From an uncultured bacterium (GTDB lineage: Bacteria; Krumholzibacteriota; Krumholzibacteriia; LZORAL124-64-63): a stretch of 64,000 bases of DNA. A program made the translations under genes and the position numbers. Shown in pieces: positions 19,731 to 29,918 of this stretch. The stretch spans positions 544,001-608,000 of the forward strand of contig CAVSZB010000007.1 in assembly GCA_963732385.1 (NCBI GenBank), written 5' to 3'. Each line of letters opens with the position of its first letter. Position 1 is the first letter of the stretch. The notes beneath the pieces are model-generated. The model was given only the letters and a program-made list of their open reading frames with translations. It ran no database searches and was not told the DNA's origin.

Positions 19731-21389
19731 CTAGCCCAGCGCCCGCAGGTGATCCGCAATCAGGTCGAGGTCGCGCCACCCGCCCGCCAGCGTGCGCCAG
19801 GCCTCCGCCGGCGCCAGGCTCGCCACCGCGGGCGCGGCCTGCGCCAGTTGCGCCTCATCCGCCGGATCCACCTGACCGAGAGCGCACTGCAGGGCCCCCC
19901 GCCGTACCGTTGCCAACGCCTGCCGCGCGCATTGGCGGCTCATCGCAACGCGCGCGTCCGCGTCGGCCGCCCCGGCGTCCGCTTCGGCGGCGGTCAGCCT
20001 GCAGAAAGAGCCCGCGACCTCCGCCGCCGTGGCCATGTCGGCGAGCGTGAACTGAGCGATCTGGTGTTTCGTCGCACCCGACGCGTGGCAATGCAGGATC
20101 GCCTCGCCCAGCGTACGCAGCGCGCCTGCCGCAAAACCGGCGCCCACCTCCGGTCGCCGCGCATGCAACGCGTCGAGCACGGCCGCAGCCTCGCGGTAGA
20201 AGGCCCCCCTGGAGCGAACCGCCTCCTTCCAGCGGAACAGCCCGATGATGACCTGCTGGATCTCGCTGGTGCCCTCGTAGATGCTCGTGATGCGCACGTC
20301 GCGCCGGATCTTCTCGACCATGTATTCGCGGGTGTAGCCGTAGCCGCCGAACGCCTGCAGCGCGGCGTCGGCTGCACGGTTGCCGGCCTCGGTGCACCAG
20401 AGTTTGGCGATCGACCCCTCCACCTGCAGGTCATGCTCGCCCGAGTCGATGCGCAGCGCCACCTCCCGAACGTACGCCCTGCCGGCCGCGAGATCGATCC
20501 AGTTCGGCACGAGCAGCTTGTGAGTGTACCCCTGCTTTTCGATCAGCGGCGAGCCGAACTGGATGCGCGAACGGGCGTACGCCAGCGCCCGGTCGAGGGC
20601 CATCTGCCCCGCACCGAGCCCGAATGCGCCCACCATCAGTCGCGTGTAGCCGAAGACGGCATTGGCCTGCCTCAGCCCCCGCCCCTCCTCGATACCGATC
20701 AACTGATCCGCCGGCACGAGCACATCCTCGAGCAGGACACTGGTGGTGTTGGAGGCCCGGATGCCGTGCTTGTCCTCCTGCCTGCCGACCGACACGCCCG
20801 GCGTATCCCGCTCCACCACGAAAAAGCTCGGCCCGGCGGGAGCCTGTGCCAGGATCGTGTAGATCTGCGCCACCCCGCCGTTGGTGATGAACTGCTTGGC
20901 GCCGTTGAGACGATAGTGCGTGATCGCGCCCCCCGGATCGCGCACCGGCTCGGCGCGCGTCTGGAGAGCCGCCACGTTGCTGCCGGCCGCAGGTTCGGTC
21001 ACCCCGTAGGCGACGATCATCCCCTCGCTGGCGATGCGCGACAACCAGCGCGACTTCTGTTCCGGCGTCCCCCCCACGATGATCGGATCGGTGCCGAGAC
21101 AGATGGCCAGAAACGCCGTGGCAACGCCCAGATCGATGCCCGCCATCTCTTCCGAGACGAGACAGATGTCGCGCGCGCCGCCGCCGAGTCCGCCCACCGA
21201 TTCCGGAAGGAAGAGCAGGTGGAGCCCCACGTCGGGCGAGAGCAAAGTGCGAATGAATTCTTCCGGGAAGGTCTCGGCCTGATCGAGGGCCAGAACCCGC
21301 TCATCGGGAAGATCGCGCTTTACCACCTGGCGCAGCGTCTGCACCACCATGTCGCACATTTCGGGAGTCAGTCCGGCGAGCGTGGTCAT
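19731..21389 (-). CDS. Acyl-CoA dehydrogenase with C-terminal extension
   Basis: YGVTEP.AGSNV, LNGAKQFITNG, EDKHGIRAS.T, R.QFG, FGGYGY.REY.VEK..RD.RI..IYEGTSEIQ. Confidence 0.93.
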   Translation of the reverse strand: MTTLAGLTPEMCDMVVQTLRQVVKRDLPDERVLALDQAETFPEEFIRTLLSPDVGLHLLFLPESVGGLGGGARDICLVSEEMAGIDLGVATAFLAICLGTDPIIVGGTPEQKSRWLSRIASEGMIVAYGVTEPAAGSNVAALQTRAEPVRDPGGAITHYRLNGAKQFITNGGVAQIYTILAQAPAGPSFFVVERDTPGVSVGRQEDKHGIRASNTTSVLLEDVLVPADQLIGIEEGRGLRQANAVFGYTRLMVGAFGLGAGQMALDRALAYARSRIQFGSPLIEKQGYTHKLLVPNWIDLAAGRAYVREVALRIDSGEHDLQVEGSIAKLWCTEAGNRAADAALQAFGGYGYTREYMVEKIRRDVRITSIYEGTSEIQQVIIGLFRWKEAVRSRGAFYREAAAVLDALHARRPEVGAGFAAGALRTLGEAILHCHASGATKHQIAQFTLADMATAAEVAGSFCRLTAAEADAGAADADARVAMSRQCARQALATVRRGALQCALGQVDPADEAQLAQAAPAVASLAPAEAWRTLAGGWRDLDLIADHLRALG

Positions 21390-21427
21390 CAGGCGTCGGC
21401 TCCTTTTCGCATCAGAACGGAGTGAAT

Positions 21428-22366
21428 TCAACTCGCGAAGGGGTCACCCGGCAGCGTGATCCGCCCCTCGCCCACGACGAGACAGCGCCCACCCACCTGG
21501 ATCAGGCTGGCCTGGCCGTTCTCGATCTCGGCCTCGACGATCAGTCGGCTCGGACGACCCATCTCGAGTCCCTGTTCGCCGACGAGCCGCAGGTGAGGCT
21601 CCATGACCACCAGTCTGTGTTTGATCAGATAGGCCGCCAGCGCGCCCATGGCCGCGCCGCTGGCGGGATCCTCCGGGATGCCGAAGTGCGGCGCGAACAT
21701 CCGACAGTGCACGTCGGCGTCCTCGGCCTCGGTCTCGCAGGTGAACACGAACAGATCGCCAAAGCCGAGATCGGCGGCTATGGCTTCGGTTTCCGCCTCG
21801 TGCGGCACGATGCTCTGCACCGCGGCCAGCGAGCCGATCGGTACGATGTGGATCGGCAGGCCGGTCGAGATCACCTCGCACGGCAGCCCGGTGATGGCGA
21901 GCTCCTCGACCGGCAGGCCGAGCGCGCGCGCCACCCGGTCCCGATGGTAGTAGCAGCCGAGGAAAACCGGCGGGTTGTGCACCAGACTATACAGCGGGCT
22001 GCCCCCTTCGTCCCGGATCAATACCGGGAAATACCCCGCCTCGAGCTCCCACTCGCACAACGTGCGATCGCCGCTGCGCGCGAGCAGCCCGAGGTGGTCG
22101 AGCGCGCAGGCGGCACCGAGCACCGAATGCCCCGCGAAAGGGATCTCCACGCGCGGAGTGAAGATGCGCAGCGCCGACCAGTTCTGCCGCCGCTGTCGGC
22201 TCGGCAGCACGAACGCGGTTTCGCCACATCCCATCTCGCCGGCGATGGCCTGCATCAGGCCGCTTGAAAGCCCTTCGCCCCGCGGAAATAGAGTGAGGCG
22301 ACTGCCCCCGAAGGGACGGTCCGTGAAGACATCGAGCTGCAGGTAATCCAACCGAAGCAAAGTCAC
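21428..22366 (-). CDS. PhzF/diaminopimelate-epimerase-like isomerase
   Basis: DVFT..PFGG, ETAFV, RIFTP..E.PFAGH, RMFAP..GIPEDPASG, EQG.EMGRPS. Confidence 0.9.
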   Translation of the reverse strand: MTLLRLDYLQLDVFTDRPFGGSRLTLFPRGEGLSSGLMQAIAGEMGCGETAFVLPSRQRRQNWSALRIFTPRVEIPFAGHSVLGAACALDHLGLLARSGDRTLCEWELEAGYFPVLIRDEGGSPLYSLVHNPPVFLGCYYHRDRVARALGLPVEELAITGLPCEVISTGLPIHIVPIGSLAAVQSIVPHEAETEAIAADLGFGDLFVFTCETEAEDADVHCRMFAPHFGIPEDPASGAAMGALAAYLIKHRLVVMEPHLRLVGEQGLEMGRPSRLIVEAEIENGQASLIQVGGRCLVVGEGRITLPGDPFAS

Positions 22367-22462
22367 GCCCCTCCCGGAACGACTGCAGCGCCACCCCGAC
22401 CGTCAACTGCCGGATGATATCCGCAGGAACGGAAGCGGGCAAGCTCCCTCCGCCCGGACGTC

Positions 22463-22837
22463 TCAGTCAATCGCCACGAGCGCGGCGGCCCAGTCACCGG
22501 CCCGCGCGAGCGAGAGGTGGGCCGACCTGCCCCCCATCGCCTCCAGGGAGCCCGCCGCGGTCCCGCGCAGCCGTAACACCGGCGCTCGCCCCGCGGCCTC
22601 GTCCACCTCGATCGCCGACAGCGGCACGCCGGCAGCCGCCGCACCGAGCGCCTTGAGGAAAGCCTCCTTGGCTGCCCAGATTCCGGCCAGCGCCGCCGCC
22701 TCGTCGCCGACATTCCCGTTCCCCGCTCCACCCAGCTCTGCCGCACTGAATACCCGGTCCCGGAAGCGGGAACCGTGGCGCCGCAGGAGCGCTCCCACGC
22801 GGGAGATTTCGACGAGGTCTGCGCCCAGTCCCAGCAA
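22463..22837 (-). CDS. acpS: Holo-[acyl-carrier-protein] synthase
   Basis: GLGADLVEI.R, F...E, LAG.WAAKEA.LKALG, G.P.L, HLSL. Confidence 0.85.
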   Translation of the reverse strand: MLGLGADLVEISRVGALLRRHGSRFRDRVFSAAELGGAGNGNVGDEAAALAGIWAAKEAFLKALGAAAAGVPLSAIEVDEAAGRAPVLRLRGTAAGSLEAMGGRSAHLSLARAGDWAAALVAID

Positions 22838-22845
22838 GCGGCCCC

Positions 22846-23532
22846 CTAGTACGCGCCCTTGCGCTCGATGACCGCAGGCAGGGTACGGCCCAGGATCCAG
22901 AAGTCGAAGCCGAGGCTGCGGCGACGGACGTACTCGATATCGAGTGCCATCCACTCCCCGAAATCGAGCTGGCTGCGTCCCGAGATCTGCCACAGACAGG
23001 TCAGCCCCGGCTTGACCAGCAGACGCGCGGCCTGACGCGGCGTGTACTGCGCGACCTCGTCCGGGATCTGAGGCCGAGGTCCGACGATCGACATCTCGCC
23101 CCGCAGCACGTTGAACAGCTGAGGAAATTCGTCGAGACTGCTGCGCCGGATGAACCGGCCGACGCCGGTGATGCGCGGATCGTCCTTGATCTTGAAGGCG
23201 GCGCCGGACGCTTCGTTTAGAAACGAGATGTCCCGCTTGCGCGCCTCGGCGTCGCTCACCATGGAGCGGAATTTCCAGCAGGTGAACCGGCGCCCATACC
23301 GACCTACACGCTCCTGGCGGAAGAAGATCGGGCCCGCCGTGTCGAGCCGGATCAGGATGACCAGGAACGGAAATAGCGGCAGGAGCAGCAGCAGTCCGCC
23401 GAGGGCGGCCGTCAGATCGAACAGCCGCTTGCCCGCATGGAACCGGAATGTGTCGGCGAGCGGCAAATCGCCAGCCGCGTCGCCCAGGAAGGCCTTGAAA
23501 CCGCCCTGCGCCGCGAACAGGTCGTCCCTCAT
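22846..23532 (-). CDS. Small priming phosphoglycosyltransferase (bacterial sugar transferase domain)
   Basis: KRLFD, GPIFFRQ.RVG, KFRSM, DPRIT.VG.F.R.SSLDE.PQL.NVL.GEMS.VGPRP, KPGLT..WQ. Confidence 0.92.
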   Translation of the reverse strand: MRDDLFAAQGGFKAFLGDAAGDLPLADTFRFHAGKRLFDLTAALGGLLLLLPLFPFLVILIRLDTAGPIFFRQERVGRYGRRFTCWKFRSMVSDAEARKRDISFLNEASGAAFKIKDDPRITGVGRFIRRSSLDEFPQLFNVLRGEMSIVGPRPQIPDEVAQYTPRQAARLLVKPGLTCLWQISGRSQLDFGEWMALDIEYVRRRSLGFDFWILGRTLPAVIERKGAY

Positions 23533-25121
23533 GGCCGTCCGCCCGCCGCAGGCGGGTCGCGCCGCCATTCCATCACCCGCACGCCTGGAAACCACTGCTC
23601 TTCCACCACGTGAGCCTCGGCCGACAGGGCGGCCGGCAAGCGCCCGTCGGGATCGATCTCCCAGGCGCGCGCCAACACCAGGAAGCCGTGGGAAGCCCCG
23701 GCCATGCGGGCCGTCAGATACGCGCGCGCGGTCGCGGCATCTGCGACCGGCCGCGTTTCCCACATCGGCACGACGCGTCCCGGTCCCTGCTCATAGAGGT
23801 TCCAGACCCGGGTGATCACCGGCACGATCACCGGATCGCCCGGCTCGGCCCGCCCTCCGACCCAGACCGCCGCGTCGCGCACATCCTCCTTCGCGTAGCG
23901 GACATCGCCGTGATATCCCCAGAGCGACCAGAGGCAGAGCCCGCACAGCAGAAAACCCCCCGCCCGTCCCAGACGCCGCGGCAACCCCTCCAGTCCGCGA
24001 GCCGCGACCAGCAGCACCAGCGGGAAGGTGGCGGCCAGGTAGCGCGGGTTGAACGGTTTGACGTTTTGCAGCGCCAGCAGACTGATCGCCACCGTTGGCA
24101 GAACGATCCAGATCGCCAGCAAGATTCCTGTCCGACGGCCGAGACGCGAGATCCCGGCGGTCAGCACCAACGCGGCGGCGGCGGCAGCGGCGGCCAGCAC
24201 CGGCCAGTGCGCCCGCACAGCCGCCAAGCGGTCCGCATGGTGCAATTCCGCCAGCGACGGGCCGAGGCTGTAGCCAAACAGGAACGCGAAGAGAGTGAAC
24301 GGCAGCGCCAGGGGGGTGAAAGTCGTCTCCCCCCGCAGCGCCGTGCCGGCAGCCACCCCCGGCACCAGCCGGTCCACCGCGAGAATGCCCGCGGCCCGCA
24401 ACAGCCACGGCAGCGCACCAAGCATCACCAGAGTGAAGGCGACCACCCAGAGCCAGCGCACGCGCGCGCCCCGGGGCCGCACCACGATCACGACTGCAGC
24501 GGCCTGCGCCCCGATCAGGAACAGCCCCGACAGGTTGCTCCACACCATCGCGGCCGTCGCCAGCGCATAGCCCACCGCCCGTCCGCCGCGCGGCGCTTCA
24601 GCGAGCCGCAGGAATGCCAGCGTGGACACGATCGCGAAGAGAATCAGGAAGCTGTAGCCCCGCGCCTCCTGGCTGTACCAGAGGTGGAACGGACTGACGG
24701 CCAGCAACAACGCCAGCAAACGCCCGGTGCGCGCTCCGCACAGCCGTCGGCCGAGCAGTCCGGCCAGCGGCACCGCCAGCAGTCCGGCCAGCGCTGCCGG
24801 CGCCCGGAGCCAGAATTCCGACAGACCGAACTTCCGCGCGAGCGGCCACACCGACGCGAGATAGAGCGGCCCCTGGATTTCGTCGAGCAGCTGGCGACCG
24901 AACAACAGCCCCGCGTCCGGGCGAATCATCGCCCAGGTCATCTCCTCATCGACCCAGAGCGGCTGCCAGCCGAGGTGATAGAACCGCACGGCGGCCGCGA
25001 GCAGCGTGACCAGCAACAGGAAACCGGCGCTGATCTCCTCTTTGTCCTGCGACACGCGCTCGGGGTGGAGCCAGGCCGGATCGGGCACCCAGGCGGAATC
25101 GGCGCGCCTCCGGCTCCTCAT
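23529..25121 (-). CDS. GT-C fold glycosyltransferase (GT39/ArnT/PMT-like)
   Basis: R...LG.QPLWVDE, GPLY, E..LR.P, SPFH.WYSQEAR.Y, many TM segments, PRY. Confidence 0.85.
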   Translation of the reverse strand: MRSRRRADSAWVPDPAWLHPERVSQDKEEISAGFLLLVTLLAAAVRFYHLGWQPLWVDEEMTWAMIRPDAGLLFGRQLLDEIQGPLYLASVWPLARKFGLSEFWLRAPAALAGLLAVPLAGLLGRRLCGARTGRLLALLLAVSPFHLWYSQEARGYSFLILFAIVSTLAFLRLAEAPRGGRAVGYALATAAMVWSNLSGLFLIGAQAAAVVIVVRPRGARVRWLWVVAFTLVMLGALPWLLRAAGILAVDRLVPGVAAGTALRGETTFTPLALPFTLFAFLFGYSLGPSLAELHHADRLAAVRAHWPVLAAAAAAAALVLTAGISRLGRRTGILLAIWIVLPTVAISLLALQNVKPFNPRYLAATFPLVLLVAARGLEGLPRRLGRAGGFLLCGLCLWSLWGYHGDVRYAKEDVRDAAVWVGGRAEPGDPVIVPVITRVWNLYEQGPGRVVPMWETRPVADAATARAYLTARMAGASHGFLVLARAWEIDPDGRLPAALSAEAHVVEEQWFPGVRVMEWRRDPPAAGGRP

Positions 25122-26179
25122 GCCCGCCCCTCCCGCCTGTCCGAAGGGGCACCAGCGTCGGCGTCGTCTGCATCGACCAGCAAAGCGTGCAGCAGGGGCA
25201 CCATGATCTCGTGGTGGCCGGTCAACGGGATCGCATCGCCGCCGAGCGCGGCGGGGCGCTGCAGCACATTTTCGCGCGGACGGTAGTGCTGCAGCATGTC
25301 GAGATTGGCGGTCGTCAACTGGCGGGGACGACAGCCGAGATTGCGCGCGACCGTGTAGGCCTTCAGAAAAACCTCCGGCATGACCACGGCCGAGCCGAGA
25401 TTGACCACCACACCGACCGGTTCCAGGCCGCGCGTCACCTCGGCCAGCACGCGGAAATCGCGCATGGTCAATTCGCCGATGGCCGCCCCGTCGGCACCGG
25501 GCTGCTGGTGGATGATGTCCGTGCCGAGCGCGACATGCACCGTGCACGGGATGTCGCGCCGCCAGGCTCCGTACAGCAGGCTCCGGTCACGATGGGGCGC
25601 CGCTGCGCGCTCGAGATGCCGGGCGACGCCCTCGCCCATGCCACAGCCTTCTGCGCAGGCTTCGCGGTAGGCCGCAAAGAAGAAGTCGCCGGTTTCGGCG
25701 ACCATGCCAAAGCTGCCGTCTTCGAGATTCCGCGCCACATCCTCGCTTGTGCGGCCGAACAACGCCGTTTCCACGTCGTGAATGGAGGCCGAGCCGTTCA
25801 TCGCCACGGCCGAGAGGTATCCGCGGTCCATCAGGTCGATGAGGTAGGGCGCCAGACCGGTCTTGACGACATGCCCGCCGAGCAGCCAGAGAATGACGCG
25901 GCGATCACGCCGGGCCTCCCGCAGCCGGGCCACGAGCAGACGCAGATTATCCGCGGCCAGCAACCGGGGCAGACGATCGAGCCAGCGGCTCCACGCGCCC
26001 CCCCCGTCGCCCGGCGCGGCCAGGCGACCGAAGTCGTCGACGGACACCTTGTTCAGGCGCGCCTGGAACGGGAGCCGCCGCACTCCGTCCAGATCGACTT
26101 CCGGCCAGCCGCGCCGCGGCAAACCGCGCGACGATCCTTCGTTTCCCGATGACGACACGGATTCCTCCCGAAGGCGCAC
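25118..26179 (-). CDS. Hypothetical protein with deoxyhypusine-synthase-like fold
   Basis: LGGHVVK.GL, AMNG...IHD.E, G.TSEDV...L.DG.FG, TVHVA.GTDI.H, GSAV..PEVFLKA, HYRP..NV, GHHEI. Confidence 0.7.
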   Translation of the reverse strand: MRLREESVSSSGNEGSSRGLPRRGWPEVDLDGVRRLPFQARLNKVSVDDFGRLAAPGDGGGAWSRWLDRLPRLLAADNLRLLVARLREARRDRRVILWLLGGHVVKTGLAPYLIDLMDRGYLSAVAMNGSASIHDVETALFGRTSEDVARNLEDGSFGMVAETGDFFFAAYREACAEGCGMGEGVARHLERAAAPHRDRSLLYGAWRRDIPCTVHVALGTDIIHQQPGADGAAIGELTMRDFRVLAEVTRGLEPVGVVVNLGSAVVMPEVFLKAYTVARNLGCRPRQLTTANLDMLQHYRPRENVLQRPAALGGDAIPLTGHHEIMVPLLHALLVDADDADAGAPSDRREGRA

Positions 26180-26180
26180 C

Positions 26181-27017
26181 TCAGCGTGGCGCCTGACCCG
26201 GCACGAACTCCTTGAGCGACGCGTCGATCGAACCGACCTTGACCCTGGTCTTCATGAGCACCGGCAGTTTGCGGGCGTCATCGGTCAGCCAGATGGTCAG
26301 CTTGCCCTCGTGCTGGAACAGCCCCTCACCGATAATCACCGGTTCCACCACCAGACAGTCGAATTCCCCCGCCGGCACCTTCACCCTCTCCCGCCCGTGC
26401 ACGATGACCTCCAGCGGGTAGTTCTTGCGCGAACTGTGGGTATCGATGTGGTAGGTCCGGCCCGGTTCGAGCGCGAGGGTCCGCACATAGTAGAATGCCG
26501 AAAGCACATCGTGAATGCCCGGCATGGTATCAAAAATCCGCCCGTCGGCATAGTGCGCCTTGCCCGCCACCTGGTCGAACCGCACCTCGATGTTCTGCCG
26601 GTAGTCCCCCTCCCGCAACCGTTTGGCGAAATAGCGGGAGTAGAGGCGCGCCACATCAATGTGCGAAACCACCTTGTCCCGCACCATATAGAAGGCCGAA
26701 AAGAACCGGTTGGAGGTGGCGCGACTCTCGACCAGATAGCAGGGAAATCCGTCGGTCACGACCAGTCCCCGCACCTCCAGCGTCCCCTCGCCGGCGTTGA
26801 CCGGCCCATAGTCGATGGAGAAAACCAGCCGTTCGCCCGGCGCGAAAGGGGCCAGGGCCGCGGAATCCGGTACGGCCACCGCAGCCGGAAGACTATCGGC
26901 ACCAGCCGCCTCCGGGTCCGGCGGTTGCGCCGCTGTCGGCACCGCCCAGGTCGCCAGAAGCCACCACAGCGCCAGCAACGCCAAGGTTCGCCCCGGTCTC
27001 CGCTCCCCCCTGTTCAT
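26181..27017 (-). CDS. DUF3108-like exported protein
   Basis: Signal peptide; PF.PGE.L.F...YG...AG, F...Y.V.D, D.LSA.Y..R, VPAG.F.C, W.TDD..K.PV. Confidence 0.8.
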   Translation of the reverse strand: MNRGERRPGRTLALLALWWLLATWAVPTAAQPPDPEAAGADSLPAAVAVPDSAALAPFAPGERLVFSIDYGPVNAGEGTLEVRGLVVTDGFPCYLVESRATSNRFFSAFYMVRDKVVSHIDVARLYSRYFAKRLREGDYRQNIEVRFDQVAGKAHYADGRIFDTMPGIHDVLSAFYYVRTLALEPGRTYHIDTHSSRKNYPLEVIVHGRERVKVPAGEFDCLVVEPVIIGEGLFQHEGKLTIWLTDDARKLPVLMKTRVKVGSIDASLKEFVPGQAPR

Positions 27018-28096
27018 ACGCCCGCCCCTTCCCGCCGCCGCACGCCATTCGCCACGGACCGCGCCAGCAGATTCTGCACCTTGTCCCAGACGAAAGGCCC
27101 GGTCAAGCCGGTCATGCAGGGATGGCCGGGGATCGGGCAGAATTTGAGATCGCAGGGCGAGCACGACTCGCCGGTCCGGGCAACAACATGGCGCGGATCC
27201 GCGGGGTTCCAACCGCGGGGATCGGTGGGACCGAACAGGGTCACGGTCGGCACCTCCAGCGCTGCGGCCAGATGCCGTGGGCCGCAGTCGGTGGCCACGA
27301 GCACATCGAGCGTGGCCAGCAGCGCCGCCAGTTCGACGAGTGTCGTGGGCGGCGCCACCTCCAACCCGGGCGCGGCGGCCCGGAAGTCCGCAACCAACCG
27401 CTCCTCGCCCGGACCCGGCACCAGCAGCACGGCCCCCCCCGCCGCCGCAGCTCGTGCCGCCAGTTCGACAGCCTGCGCCAGCGGCCACCCTTTCGCGGGC
27501 CAGGTTGCGCCAAGCGCGAGGCCGATCCGGGGACCGGATCGCTCCGCCCACGCGGCGACCCAGACCGCAAACAGCGAGCCGGGTGAGCCGCTGCGCGCGA
27601 CCGCGCCGACGGCGCGCCAGGGAGCGGGAGCCAGCCCCAGAGCCCGCAGCGGATCGAGGAACGCCTCCCCGGCGAAGGCGGCCAGCGGCGTCGCGCCGTC
27701 GCGGTTGCGCGGGACACGCACGTTGTAGGCCCAGGCGCGTCCCCGCAACTCGTAGCCGACCCGCAGCGGCGCACCGGTCAACGCCGTCCAGAGCGCCGTG
27801 CGCGGATTCCCAAGGTAATCGAACACCAGATCGTACCGCGCCGCGCGCAGCCGCTCGATCCACCGGGGCCGCTGTGCCCGCGGCGGCGGCCACGGCAGGA
27901 TCGTCAGCCCCGGCGCCAGGCCTGACAGCAGTTCGGCGAAGGGGCGGTCCACGACGAAATCGATACGGGCTTCGGGAAACGCCTCCGCCAGCCGCAAGAC
28001 AGCCGGCAGCGTAACCAGCGCATCCCCCAAAGCCCGCCGTCGGATCACGAGGATGCGACGCACGCGAGCGGGGTCGGTCGCCGGTCCGCCGGTCAC
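27014..28096 (-). CDS. Glycosyltransferase family 9 (heptosyltransferase-like)
   Basis: RILVIR..ALGD....P, GATWPAK.W, TDCGP.HLAAA...PTV.LFGPT, C.PC....CP. Confidence 0.9.
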   Translation of the reverse strand: MTGGPATDPARVRRILVIRRRALGDALVTLPAVLRLAEAFPEARIDFVVDRPFAELLSGLAPGLTILPWPPPRAQRPRWIERLRAARYDLVFDYLGNPRTALWTALTGAPLRVGYELRGRAWAYNVRVPRNRDGATPLAAFAGEAFLDPLRALGLAPAPWRAVGAVARSGSPGSLFAVWVAAWAERSGPRIGLALGATWPAKGWPLAQAVELAARAAAAGGAVLLVPGPGEERLVADFRAAAPGLEVAPPTTLVELAALLATLDVLVATDCGPRHLAAALEVPTVTLFGPTDPRGWNPADPRHVVARTGESCSPCDLKFCPIPGHPCMTGLTGPFVWDKVQNLLARSVANGVRRREGAGV

Positions 28097-29319
28097 GGCC
28101 CTCTCCCCGCGTCGCCCAGGAGGGCGAGCGCCGTGGCCGCCACCTCTTCCGACTGAAGCGCGGGCAGACAGATGAACTCCGCGCAGTCGTGCCGCCCGCA
28201 CGGATGGCAGGCGGGAGCGGTCGCCAACACCCGGTGTTCGCGCCGAGCGGAGTACGGGAACCAGATCGCCGGATTGCTGGGTCCGAACAGCGCAAGGGTC
28301 GGCCGACCCATCGCCACGGAGGCGTGCATGATGCCGCCATCCACGCTCACCAGCAGGGCCGCGGCTCCCACCACGCGCAGGACCTCCACCAGCGGGAGCG
28401 GCGGCAGCAGGCCTCCCCGGCCGGGCGGCACAGCGCCGCCCAGCGGCGCGTACACCCCCCCCCGCAGCGGTGGTGAAAGCAGTACGATGGGCCGCGACTG
28501 CTGCTCGGCCAGCAGCCGGACCAGTTGCTCCCAGCGCGCCACCGGCCACTCCTTGCTCGGCCAGGTGGCGCCGGGAGCGAGCAGCACGAAGCCGTCACCG
28601 CCGTTGACGCCAAGCGCGTCGAGAGCCTGACGCGCCGCACCCCACCCCAGCGGAGGACGGGCGATGCGCGGACGCGCCGGAGCAACCGCGTACTCCTGCC
28701 GGTACCACTCCAGGAACGGCAATCCGGTCGGTCCATGCCGTAGCGGCGCCAGACGCGACAGGTGATCGCCCAGGCCCCCCGGCGCAAGGCGCCGCAGCCG
28801 AGGGTCGGCGTCGATCGCTTCAGGCCCCGCCAGATGTGTGTAGAGCCGTCGGCGCCAGCCGGCCCGCCCCCCCACCCGGGCGCCGGCTCCGGAGAGGCGG
28901 AGCAGCAGGGCGCTGCGCGGGTTGAAGAGGAGATCGACGGCCAGATCGTAGCGGGCGGTCCGCAATTCCCGCACCATCCGATAGCCGCCGTGGGGCAGGC
29001 CGACGTGCGCCCCGTCGGCCGGCTCGTAATCCTCAGGCAGGACCGGCGCCACGGCGATCGTGCGCGGATCGGCGCTGAGCAGCCGTGCTCGTGCGTCCCC
29101 CGAGCGCCGCTGTGTCTTCAGCACATGCACGCGCCGCAGGGACGGCTGGCCCGCGAGCACCGGCGCGTGGGCCTCTTCGCAGAGGAAGCCGAGGTCGACC
29201 CGCGCATCGCCGCGGCGCAGCACCTCCGCCACGACGGTCGCCATCGCCACATCCCCGAGGTAGCGCAACCGCGTCACCAGGATCGCCACGAGCGGACGGT
29301 CGTCCAGCAGCCAGCTCAC
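28093..29319 (-). CDS. Glycosyltransferase family 9
   Basis: ILVTRLRYLGD, PGATWPSKEW, VDGG.MH...A.GRPT..LFGP, C.PC...C. Confidence 0.9.
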   Translation of the reverse strand: MSWLLDDRPLVAILVTRLRYLGDVAMATVVAEVLRRGDARVDLGFLCEEAHAPVLAGQPSLRRVHVLKTQRRSGDARARLLSADPRTIAVAPVLPEDYEPADGAHVGLPHGGYRMVRELRTARYDLAVDLLFNPRSALLLRLSGAGARVGGRAGWRRRLYTHLAGPEAIDADPRLRRLAPGGLGDHLSRLAPLRHGPTGLPFLEWYRQEYAVAPARPRIARPPLGWGAARQALDALGVNGGDGFVLLAPGATWPSKEWPVARWEQLVRLLAEQQSRPIVLLSPPLRGGVYAPLGGAVPPGRGGLLPPLPLVEVLRVVGAAALLVSVDGGIMHASVAMGRPTLALFGPSNPAIWFPYSARREHRVLATAPACHPCGRHDCAEFICLPALQSEEVAATALALLGDAGRGP

Positions 29320-29918
29320 GTCTTCTCCCCGCTCAGGAGGCAGGATACCGCCTCGGCAAGGTCTGCCACGACGAGCACCGGATCACCGGGCGGGAGGTCG
29401 CGCGCCCGCGCCTCTCCCTTGCCGGTCAACACCAGAACGGCGCGCAGACCCGCAGTCCGCGCCAGTTCCGCATCCGAAAGTTTGTCCCCCACCAGCCAGG
29501 CGCGATCGGCCCGCCAGCGGAACCGGATCGCCGCCTCGTCCAACAGGCCCGGCCGCGGCTTGCGGCATGGACAGTTCTCCTGCGGCGCGTGAGGACAGTA
29601 GTAGAGCGCGTCGAGCCCGGCCCCGGCGGCGGCGAGTTCCGCATCGACGCAACGCTGCACCGCCGCGAAGTCCGCCTCACTGTAGTATCCGCGCCCAATG
29701 CCGGACTGATTGGACACTCCGATCAGCAGGTAACCGGCCGCGCGGGCGCGCGCCAGCGCCGTCGCCGAGCCGGGCAGCAGCCGCACTGCGGACGGATTTC
29801 CGGGGTAATCCGCGTCCGCGATGATCACGCCGTCCCGGTCGACGAACAAAGCCCGACCGTCCCGCCCCTCGCCCCCGACACCGGCCTCCCGACGCTCCTG
29901 CGGAAGCCACAGACTCAT
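29316..29918 (-). CDS. gmhB: D-glycero-D-manno-heptose 1,7-bisphosphate phosphatase
   Basis: FVDRDGV, VSNQSGIGRGY, YCPH....CPCRKP.PG, VGDK.SD. Confidence 0.92.
   Translation of the reverse strand: MSLWLPQERREAGVGGEGRDGRALFVDRDGVIIADADYPGNPSAVRLLPGSATALARARAAGYLLIGVSNQSGIGRGYYSEADFAAVQRCVDAELAAAGAGLDALYYCPHAPQENCPCRKPRPGLLDEAAIRFRWRADRAWLVGDKLSDAELARTAGLRAVLVLTGKGEARARDLPPGDPVLVVADLAEAVSCLLSGEKT

Noticed and set aside
21428..22366. Phenazine biosynthesis cluster
   Set aside because: Only a lone PhzF-family gene; no other phz genes
25118..26179. DHS-like protein as an EF-P modification enzyme
   Set aside because: efp is 14 kb away in another transcription unit and the gene is coupled to LPS genes; no positive evidence
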